DNA of 64,000 bases from an uncultured Paludibacter sp. (GTDB taxonomy: Bacteria > Bacteroidota > Bacteroidia > Bacteroidales > Paludibacteraceae): NCBI GenBank assembly GCA_937897985.1, contig CALCBD010000018.1, positions 159,119 through 223,118 of the forward strand. The letters are read 5' to 3'. Each line of letters begins with the position of its first letter. Position 1 is the stretch's first letter. The translations under genes and the position numbers were made by a program. Positions 19,748 through 27,527 of the stretch are shown in pieces. The notes beneath the pieces were generated by a model. That model had not been told where the DNA came from. It worked only from the letters and a program-made list of their open reading frames with translations, and did no database searches.

Positions 19748-22075
19748 TTATTTGATAAATTTTGTGGCTTTTCCGTTGATGCGTACGATGTAAATGCCGC
19801 TTGACAGGTCACGAACATAAGTGCCGGCAGTAATCATTTTATCAATCATGATACCGTTCAGCGTATAAAGCTCGATGGTTGATACAGCATCCAAAGCAAT
19901 TTCGATACCCGAATTGGTGCGCATAATACGTGCGGTTGTTTCAACTCCGTTTGCTTCGGTGGACAGCCATGTGGTGAAACGTGCCACTTCGTCGGTCATA
20001 ACAGGTGCAATCATCCAGCGGTTACCCTTGAATGAGCCATCGGCTAATGATTCCCAGTTGTCGGCAACTTCGTCGTTTGTATAGTATTTATATTCGGTGT
20101 TAGGAGCAATTTTATCGCCGGCATTACCTCCGATAACAGTGCTGAAAGTACTACCTGATTTAGTCATTTCAATCGGACTTGCCCATGCATTGAAAGATCC
20201 TTTTACGAATAAAGTTGCAGGAACAGCTGAACCGGCAGCAAAACCGGCATTCAGGGTTACTTTATTGACACGGTACCAAACCGGAACATTGTCGGTTGCA
20301 TTGTAAGTGCGGTTTACAGCTGTATTTACATTGTTTCCGTCGATAACACCTTCCTGATAATCCCAGTCGCCTTTTTCACAAAGGTATTTGTACTCAACTC
20401 CATCAACACAAGGAAGAATTGCTGAATATTGATTAGCAGTTCCTGTAGGATTCAATACAAAAGGATCAGCTATATCCCAGTTTTTTCCTGTAAATCCTCC
20501 GGCAATAAAGGCTTTGGAAGTACCGTTCGGAACATTGACTGTGAATTGTTTAGCCACTGTGGTTAAGTCACCGGCTTCGTAAGCACCGGCATAAGTTAAT
20601 GCAGCACGGTTGGTGCCGGCGATATCGGTAAGAATGGTTGCCTGGCGGGGTACAGCTAAATTGTAATCGTCAATTGATGCACCTGTTAAATTAAAATCTC
20701 CTGTAAATGATGAAGAAAAGTTTACGTTTACTGATTTTGAATTCAAATCATTATTAGGAGTAAATCCTGTTTGCCATGCGGATAGAGTCTGTTTAGCAGC
20801 GCCACCAACATAACCAATATTTGCTGTTGCTCCTGAAACATATAAATCATTATAATTAGAAACCAATGTTCCGTTGGATTTCCATATACAATATGCATTA
20901 GCTGCATCAGTATAATTTAAAATTAAATTATTTTTCAGATTTACAATACAACCATTACCACTTATATGTATGTTTGATCTTTCAGTTGCATTTAACATAT
21001 TCTGATAAACAAAAGTGTTATTATAAATGTAATAAGTGGCTGCATCCTGAATATACATTAATGAAAAAACACTTGGAACTGAAGCTCCGAGAGAACCATT
21101 AATACCCCCGATATAATTATTATACATATTTACAACTGAACCTGTTGCAGCTGTTAACCCGCTTATACCATAGACTCCACTTGTTCCTGATGTATTTGCT
21201 ACTGTTAATTCAGGAATATGATTATTTTTTATATTTAATGTGCCTGCCCATGTATTCCACATTATAGTATAAGTTGTAGTCCCATTTGCCCCGCCACGGG
21301 TGTAAATTGAATTGCCCGAAATTTCAGATACTGTTCCGGTGGTACCTACATAATACAAATATACAGGTCTGATTCTACCATATAGCTGGTTATCTTTAAT
21401 GTTAATATTTGTACAATATATCAGACTTCCGCTACTACCTGTAATACCAGCTGCATAAAAGGGGATGTTTGTCAAATCACCGATTGTGCAATTCTGTAAT
21501 GTAAAATTATCACATGCGCCTGTACTTTGACCGTTCAGGTAAACGCCTCTTGTAGAAGTAGAAGTGCTCATTGGTGATTGATAGATAACATTAATATTCA
21601 TGATGGTTACATTATCACAATTACCGTATAACTGAATGACATTTCTACCATTTGTAGCATCATTCATTTTAAAAGTAAGATCTTTTGTTGTTCCTGAAGC
21701 TGTGTTTGATCCATCAATAATAACATTACTTGTACCATTAATAGTAAATCCGGTGTACTGAGTTGCTCCTGTTGTACTAACACAACCACTGAAAGTAATT
21801 GTTGGTGTTACAGTTGCTGCAGGTTTAATTTTAATTGTAAAATTTCCGTTTGTGGTTGCTAATGCTACAGGAGCAGTTTCTGCTAAGTCTGAAGTGATTT
21901 CGAGTGTAACATCACCTGCAACACCGTTTGTGTTCAAAGCTGTCACAGCTGCACTAAGTGATGTGAAATTTGGTGCTGTTTCAGTGGTTCCCACTTTGTA
22001 AGTACCTGACATGCCATCGGCCATTGCCGTAACTGCTATCAAAAAAGCAGCCATCATTAAAGTAATTTTTTTCAT
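19748..22075 (-). CDS. Parallel beta-helix repeat protein with two CBM20/48-like modules and T9SS CTD
   Basis: Signal peptide. N-terminus GTYKVG...NFTSLSAAVTALNTNGVAGDVTLEI, then N/G/T-rich beta-helix coils. Two modules with ..GKNWD..VEYKYL.. and ..GSFNAWASPIEM..TEYKYY.. C-terminus SGIYIVRINGKATKFIK. Confidence 0.65.
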   Translation of the reverse strand: MKKITLMMAAFLIAVTAMADGMSGTYKVGTTETAPNFTSLSAAVTALNTNGVAGDVTLEITSDLAETAPVALATTNGNFTIKIKPAATVTPTITFSGCVSTTGATQYTGFTINGTSNVIIDGSNTASGTTKDLTFKMNDATNGRNVIQLYGNCDNVTIMNINVIYQSPMSTSTSTRGVYLNGQSTGACDNFTLQNCTIGDLTNIPFYAAGITGSSGSLIYCTNINIKDNQLYGRIRPVYLYYVGTTGTVSEISGNSIYTRGGANGTTTYTIMWNTWAGTLNIKNNHIPELTVANTSGTSGVYGISGLTAATGSVVNMYNNYIGGINGSLGASVPSVFSLMYIQDAATYYIYNNTFVYQNMLNATERSNIHISGNGCIVNLKNNLILNYTDAANAYCIWKSNGTLVSNYNDLYVSGATANIGYVGGAAKQTLSAWQTGFTPNNDLNSKSVNVNFSSSFTGDFNLTGASIDDYNLAVPRQATILTDIAGTNRAALTYAGAYEAGDLTTVAKQFTVNVPNGTSKAFIAGGFTGKNWDIADPFVLNPTGTANQYSAILPCVDGVEYKYLCEKGDWDYQEGVIDGNNVNTAVNRTYNATDNVPVWYRVNKVTLNAGFAAGSAVPATLFVKGSFNAWASPIEMTKSGSTFSTVIGGNAGDKIAPNTEYKYYTNDEVADNWESLADGSFKGNRWMIAPVMTDEVARFTTWLSTEANGVETTARIMRTNSGIEIALDAVSTIELYTLNGIMIDKMITAGTYVRDLSSGIYIVRINGKATKFIK

Positions 22076-22121
22076 AACTTTTAAATTTAAATAAATAATT
22101 GAGAGTTAATCAGATATATGT

Positions 22122-22187
22122 AAAGAGGCTGTTTCAAAAGAAAAATCAGATTAACTCAGAATTTCACGGTTTTGAAACAGCCTCTTT
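22122..22187. other. Perfect 18-bp stem-loop between the amidase-fusion gene and the beta-helix gene
   Basis: AAAGAGGCTGTTTCAAAA (22122..22139) / TTTTGAAACAGCCTCTTT (22170..22187) with a 30-nt loop. The T-run follows only on the plus strand. Confidence 0.5.
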
Positions 22188-22193
22188 GGTTTT

Positions 22194-25100
22194 TTATTTT
22201 TTCATCAAACGTTTCACTGCTGTTCCTTCACCGGTTTTTACCTTTAAAATGTAAATGCCTGAAGGCAGGTCGGATACTGACAGATTGAATTCATTTGAAT
22301 TTACATTTTCTGAAATCATGTTGCGTCCTTTCAGATCGAATACCAAAACCTGTTGCAGGTTGGTTCCCACACTGTTAATCCGGACATTGTCCACTGCAGG
22401 ATTCGGATATACCTGAACCATTGATGAAATGTCCTTCACATTTTCAATACCTGTATGAACCACTATGAGTCGCTGAGCGGCAGGGGCAGTGGTTGTGAAT
22501 TGATTGTCGGCTTTGGGTAATGCCCAGACTCCGAGTCGTTCAGAAGTATTTGAAATGACATATACATTTCCGGCGCGGTCGATTGCAAGTCCTGCAGAAT
22601 TGGCTCCCATTGCAGGTTTGATGGAATGCAGCCTCGTCAGCGCAGGAACACCGTTTGCATCAAAACTTATGGCAAAAACCTTAATTTCATCCTGACAGCC
22701 CATTGCCAGAATTGTTCCGTCGTTGTTGACAGCCATTCCACCGGTATAGGAATTTACAATCAGATCAGGTGTTTTACCCGAATTGAAATTCACAAGTCCA
22801 TCGGTGCCAATATGAATCAGCGATGGGATATTGGCAGCATCGGTTGCACGGTATTGTGAAATCCACCATCCGCCTTTTGCATCAGGAGCTATGCAGGAAT
22901 TCATGTTTTGCTGAAGGTTACCATTCAGAGCATCATTGTAAACCACAGCACTTGGTGCCGCCTGCCACGGAGTTTCAAGAGTTCCGATGTTGTATTGAAG
23001 TACGTTTCCTGTACTTGTAGCCGTTGCATCGATATAATCTTCGTCGAAAGTGAATAATTTGGTGTCAGCACCTGTACCGGTTACCCAGCAATGTGCAATC
23101 GAGCCATGTACATTTACTCCGTTGAAGGATGATAAACCTGAAGTAGCTTTGGTTAATCCGCTGAAAACAGGTTTAAATGCAGCTGTCGGATTTTCAGGAT
23201 TCATGATCCAAACACCGGGATGTGTATCGCTCCAGTCGCTGATATATACTTTTCCGTCCTGAGCCACAGCCAGTCGCATTGGAGAACTGCTGCCACCCCA
23301 GGTAACGCCACCTGCATAACTGGTAGTTCCCTGATTGGTTACATCCTGTAATGCTGAGTTCAGTATATAAACTCCATCCTGAGTGGTGCGACCATTCGGA
23401 ATGGTTCCGGGTACAGTTTCGGCTGCATAAACTCTTCCGAAGAACTGACTTTCAGGATTGTTGTCGATGGCTACACCTCTCGGAGAGAAAAATTGTAACT
23501 GAACCTGATTATTATCCGAGAATTTCAGTGGTCGATCCACAGCGTCAGCTGTCACATTTACAGTCCAGTCGAATTCACCTTCGGTCAGATCGGATGAAAG
23601 CAGTGCAACTGATTGTTGACCTCTGCTCAGCGGACCGGCTTCAATTGTTTTTACTACTTCAGTTCCTTTAATGATTTTAATTGTAGTGGTATTTGAAGCT
23701 TCGTTTAATGTGAATTTCAGGTTATAACCGGTTTCGGTTTTCTCCGACTTCAGTTCGGAAGCATAGATATTGGCACGGGCAGCGGGTGTTATCGTTCTGT
23801 ATCGGGCAATACCTTCGTTCTGAGCCAGTATCATTAAGTCAATATCATATCCGTTGACTTTGGCAGCCGACATCATGTAAGTGGCTTTTTGTGTGCCTAA
23901 TCCGTTTTCGGGCAATTTTTCAGACACTTTTACAGCATTATTGACACCATTGGTAATATCAAACATACCTACGCCGACCTGAGTTGAATCTGTTCCGCAT
24001 ACAGGCGATGTCATAAATACATGTTTTGCATTTCGGAAGAAATTAATACCTGAAGCCACTGTCGGCAGTGTATACCCTGATTTTTCGGTGAAAACACCTT
24101 TAGTAGTTAACGGAGAGCGATCAGGCAGATTCCAGTCAAACTGATATTCGGTTGGAAGTACTTTTTCGCTGTCGAGATAGAAATGGTCACTTCCGGTTGG
24201 TGAAATGGTGAATTTCATCTTCTGTCCCCAGAGTGCTTCAGTGTAATTACTTGCATCGAGCATGTATTTGTAGCCGATAGCCGTTTGTCCTTCTTCGTAA
24301 AGATAGCCGATAATTCGGATGGCTTTGGTTGAACCGGTGGTTACACTCGGAGTGTAGATGGTACATTTCCAGCGTGGTCCGCTCACAGCAAAAGTTTCAC
24401 CCATTACACCGTTCGACCAGTTGGCCTGTTGCTGGGTTTGAAACAATAATTTAGGTGCTACCGAATCATTATCCCATGTGTAGACTTTGAAATATCGACC
24501 CAGTGTTTCGGGTAATCCTACTGTTTCGTTGTTACAAGCCAGTAAATATCCGTCTGACGTAAAATTAATATCGCTCAGGATTCTGGTACCTCCTGTAATG
24601 CCGGTTAAATCCATTTCGCGGATTTTAGTATTATTTACGGCGTTGGCAACAATTAATTTAGGTTCTTCGGTGAGGATATAGTACTTTTCGTTTCTGTAAA
24701 TTACCTTCCGGATTTGTGCCGGATTGAGCCATTCGGGTACCGAAGGTTCGGCTGTTCCGAAATTGTAATGTTTCAGAGCCACAGCACCGGCTTCCTGAAC
24801 CGGGTCGGGATAATTGGGAGTTGTGTCTTTAGCAAGAATAATATTCGGATTTGCAAGTAACATTTTAGCATAAGTGGTTGTAGCTGCAGTAACTGTAACG
24901 GTAGTATCCTTTGTTGTATGGTCTTTGGCAGAAATTCTCAGTTTGTAACTGCCCGGTGTAAGATTATAAAACGCGAAAATTCCGTTGTACAGGGTATCAA
25001 TCTGACAATTGTTGAGTGAATCACCGGCAGCATTCATAAGTTTAACCCTGGCTCCGTTGAGCGGTAGCCAGCGATCGGATGTTCCTGCTTTGTAAGAAAA

Positions 25101-25874
25101 TTTTGAATTGACAATAGTTTCATCCTTACCTTTTACCCAACCACCGATTACACCGGTTGCAGGCAGATCAGCATGAAAATAATCGCAGAAATAGCGGTAA
25201 AAATTTACAGCTTCAAGTTTCCTGTAATTCTGGTTTAATAAACGGTGAGTTTCAGGTTGATAATCGTGGAAAGAACCCTCATTCAGAAATCCGGGAACAG
25301 TCAGCGGTCGTAAAACGCCCAGGCCGCTTGTATTGCCGTAAAAAGAAAAATCTCCACGATAATTGGTTGAAGTTGTATATGCAGTCCACACTGTCAGCTG
25401 ATTAGTCATCATGCGTGGCCAGGCAGTCTGACACATTGTAATGCTCGAAGCCACAGTAGGTTGATTGTCATATCCATGATATAATTGCAGCAAATAATTG
25501 GTACCTGTATTGGTGCCCAGTGCGTTACTGTGGATAGAAAGAAAAGCGTCAACATTATTTGCATTAGCTTCTTCGGCAATTTCGGTAAGATTACGGTCGT
25601 CCTGATCGCGGTTTAAAACGCGCGAAATAATAACTGTGGCATTTGAAGCCTGCAGCATGTCTCTCAGAGCCAGCCCTTTTTGCAGGTTACTGTACGATTC
25701 CCAGAAACCCAAAGTGTCGCCTAATGCGTAATTGATTGTTGGCAGGTTGCGGTCGTTGGCACCATCATAACCACCATGACCCGGATTGATATAGATTTTG
25801 ATTCCGGTAAAATCAGCTGCCTGTAATGAGATAAAGAAGAACATTACAGCAATTAATCCTATTATTTTTTTCAT
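22194..25874 (-). CDS. Giant exported N-acetylmuramoyl-L-alanine amidase (Amidase_3) fusion protein with T9SS CTD
   Basis: Signal peptide. Amidase_3 zinc-site blocks IKIYINPGHGGYDG, GFWES, DAFLSIHSNA. A carboxypeptidase-regulatory-like segment (GIFAFYNLTPGSYKLRISAKDH), about 800 aa of propeller-like repeats, then the classic CTD VQVYPNPAVDNV...SGIYILKVKTGEGTAVKRLMKK. Confidence 0.8.
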   Translation of the reverse strand: MKKIIGLIAVMFFFISLQAADFTGIKIYINPGHGGYDGANDRNLPTINYALGDTLGFWESYSNLQKGLALRDMLQASNATVIISRVLNRDQDDRNLTEIAEEANANNVDAFLSIHSNALGTNTGTNYLLQLYHGYDNQPTVASSITMCQTAWPRMMTNQLTVWTAYTTSTNYRGDFSFYGNTSGLGVLRPLTVPGFLNEGSFHDYQPETHRLLNQNYRKLEAVNFYRYFCDYFHADLPATGVIGGWVKGKDETIVNSKFSYKAGTSDRWLPLNGARVKLMNAAGDSLNNCQIDTLYNGIFAFYNLTPGSYKLRISAKDHTTKDTTVTVTAATTTYAKMLLANPNIILAKDTTPNYPDPVQEAGAVALKHYNFGTAEPSVPEWLNPAQIRKVIYRNEKYYILTEEPKLIVANAVNNTKIREMDLTGITGGTRILSDINFTSDGYLLACNNETVGLPETLGRYFKVYTWDNDSVAPKLLFQTQQQANWSNGVMGETFAVSGPRWKCTIYTPSVTTGSTKAIRIIGYLYEEGQTAIGYKYMLDASNYTEALWGQKMKFTISPTGSDHFYLDSEKVLPTEYQFDWNLPDRSPLTTKGVFTEKSGYTLPTVASGINFFRNAKHVFMTSPVCGTDSTQVGVGMFDITNGVNNAVKVSEKLPENGLGTQKATYMMSAAKVNGYDIDLMILAQNEGIARYRTITPAARANIYASELKSEKTETGYNLKFTLNEASNTTTIKIIKGTEVVKTIEAGPLSRGQQSVALLSSDLTEGEFDWTVNVTADAVDRPLKFSDNNQVQLQFFSPRGVAIDNNPESQFFGRVYAAETVPGTIPNGRTTQDGVYILNSALQDVTNQGTTSYAGGVTWGGSSSPMRLAVAQDGKVYISDWSDTHPGVWIMNPENPTAAFKPVFSGLTKATSGLSSFNGVNVHGSIAHCWVTGTGADTKLFTFDEDYIDATATSTGNVLQYNIGTLETPWQAAPSAVVYNDALNGNLQQNMNSCIAPDAKGGWWISQYRATDAANIPSLIHIGTDGLVNFNSGKTPDLIVNSYTGGMAVNNDGTILAMGCQDEIKVFAISFDANGVPALTRLHSIKPAMGANSAGLAIDRAGNVYVISNTSERLGVWALPKADNQFTTTAPAAQRLIVVHTGIENVKDISSMVQVYPNPAVDNVRINSVGTNLQQVLVFDLKGRNMISENVNSNEFNLSVSDLPSGIYILKVKTGEGTAVKRLMKK

Positions 25875-25886
25875 GTTATGTTCCTC

Positions 25887-26789
25887 CTATTTAACGTTAA
25901 TACTGATAAGATACAACTGCCCTTTTTGCGTACAGAAAGCAATTTGTTTGGCGTCGGCCGAAGCAGCAGGGTACATGGCAATCATATCGCTGCTTTTTGT
26001 AAGAGTCTGGCGGATCTTGCCGTCCGACGAAGCGACGACGATAACGGATGAAATTATTTCATTTCCATCATCTTTGTCATCCATTCCTACCAGCCATTTG
26101 TCGTTCAGCCATTTCGGAGCATTTAATTTGCCAATTGATTTTACATTTGTGCCATCAATATTGCATACAAATGTTCCTTTTCCGGCAACGGTATAGGCAA
26201 TTTTCTGATGATCAGGCGATACTGACGACCAGAAGTAGCTTTCATTAACGCCATTCGGAGTCAACACTTTTCTGGAATTTCCGTTATAAAGTACAAGCTT
26301 ACGGTCTTCTGTTTGAATGACCGATGTTAAGCCGGCTGGTGCAATCGATTTCTGATTCAGTCTGGCACCCTTTACATAGTATGCCTGATTGGCAGAATAT
26401 GCGGGAGTTAATTGTTCTCTGGTAGGAGGAACGAGTTGTTTTACAGCATTATCCCTGATCGAACGTTCGATAAGAGAGCTGAATTTCAGGTTGTTTACCA
26501 GTTCGTTCTTTTTATGTAAAATGGTATTTCCATCTTTACTTATACTCACTCCGTATCCTGCTCCGGGGTCATCGGTGATATTTTTTATCTCATTATTGCT
26601 GAATGAAATCATTTTTAAACCACGGTAACTGATGTCGGTGGCTAATAAATACTGATTGGTGGGACTGAAAACGGGATGGTAATATCCACCACCGTTTGTT
26701 CTTTCAATGGCTTTAACCGAAAGAACATCAATGTGTTGGGCATATACGAACTGCCCGATGAAAGCTAAAAATAGTAATGTTTTTTTCAT
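25887..26789 (-). CDS. Exported TolB/PD40-like beta-propeller protein
   Basis: Signal peptide MKKTLLFLAFIGQFVYAQ. PD40-like blocks FSPTNQYLLAT, SVSPDHQKIAYTV, ASADAKQIAF. Its stop lies 12 bp upstream of the start of the amidase-fusion gene. Confidence 0.6.
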   Translation of the reverse strand: MKKTLLFLAFIGQFVYAQHIDVLSVKAIERTNGGGYYHPVFSPTNQYLLATDISYRGLKMISFSNNEIKNITDDPGAGYGVSISKDGNTILHKKNELVNNLKFSSLIERSIRDNAVKQLVPPTREQLTPAYSANQAYYVKGARLNQKSIAPAGLTSVIQTEDRKLVLYNGNSRKVLTPNGVNESYFWSSVSPDHQKIAYTVAGKGTFVCNIDGTNVKSIGKLNAPKWLNDKWLVGMDDKDDGNEIISSVIVVASSDGKIRQTLTKSSDMIAMYPAASADAKQIAFCTQKGQLYLISINVK

Positions 26790-26831
26790 AATAATACTAT
26801 AAAATGAATATTAATAGATTTTTTGGAGCTG

Positions 26832-26870
26832 TAAAAGTAGTGATAATTTTGAATCCTGCAAACGTTTGCA
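26832..26870 (-). promoter_or_regulatory. Promoter of the T9SS-cargo operon with overlapping LacI/PurR-type palindromic operator
   Basis: Perfect 14-bp palindrome TGCAAACGTTTGCA at 26857..26870. On the minus strand its TTTG (26862..26859) is followed, after a 19-nt spacer, by TACTTTTA (26839..26832). This matches the Bacteroides -33 TTTG / -7 TAnnTTTG layout. The start codon is at 26789. Confidence 0.5.
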
Positions 26871-27111
26871 AGAAATTTAATGTTAATAAATTCTTTTTAA
26901 TAAATGCCCTATTTGTGCTACTTTGAATTACTTTATTCTATATTTCAGATATTCAATTAATTAAATTTAAATGAAGTTGGAAGGTGTGTGAATGGAAGGA
27001 AACAAATCACATTTAAATGATTCATTGTTAACAGATATCGCCAATGATGATGCAAAATGCTGATCAGTGAAAGCGGGATGAGAAAATTTAATCCTTTACT
27101 TTACCGGTCTG

Positions 27112-27191
27112 AATACCCGATCCGAATATTATTCAGTCCTTCCGGCTTGAGTAAATCAGGAATGAGTACATCTGTAAAAGTTTTTTTGCGT
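27112..27191. repeat. Structured intergenic element, degenerate copy C
   Basis: GAATACCCGA (27112) ...64 nt... TAAAAGTTTTTTTTGCG (27176). The same blocks occur with 61-nt spacing at 3009/3070. Confidence 0.4.
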
Positions 27192-27389
27192 GAACTGTAA
27201 TAATGCAGCAAAATGAAGATGTTTAATGTAAAACCGGCATAATTAAAACCCGGTTACGACTGAACCGTTTGATAATAATGCCAAATCACCTGATATGTTT
27301 TTATCCGGTTTTAAATAACGGCAAAGTTGTATGAATATATTTCAAACTAAATTGAGCCCTGAATGGAAGTAAAGGGATGTTATGTGATT

Positions 27390-27397
27390 TATCTTTG
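27390..27397 (+). promoter_or_regulatory. Putative -7 promoter box (TATCTTTG) of the first susC/susD operon
   Basis: Exact TAnnTTTG match 131 nt upstream of susC ATG 27528. ATTGAGCCC lies 39 nt upstream (27351). Confidence 0.45.
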
Positions 27398-27527
27398 CAA
27401 CTGAAAAAAGTTGTGGGTCTTTTCACTTTAATTTTTGCTCTGACAGTTGAAAAAGGCTCATTTCAGTACTGAAAACATTGGCAACAATGGAAAAACGATA
27501 TGATAACTTTAAATATATTAATATAGT

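Noticed and set aside
26790-27527. Possible hidden gene or RNA in the 740-bp gap upstream of susC
   Set aside because: I could read only very short ORFs (23 codons or fewer) and found no tRNA or riboswitch-like structure. Apart from the palindromic operator, repeat copy C and the promoter motifs, nothing is supportable.
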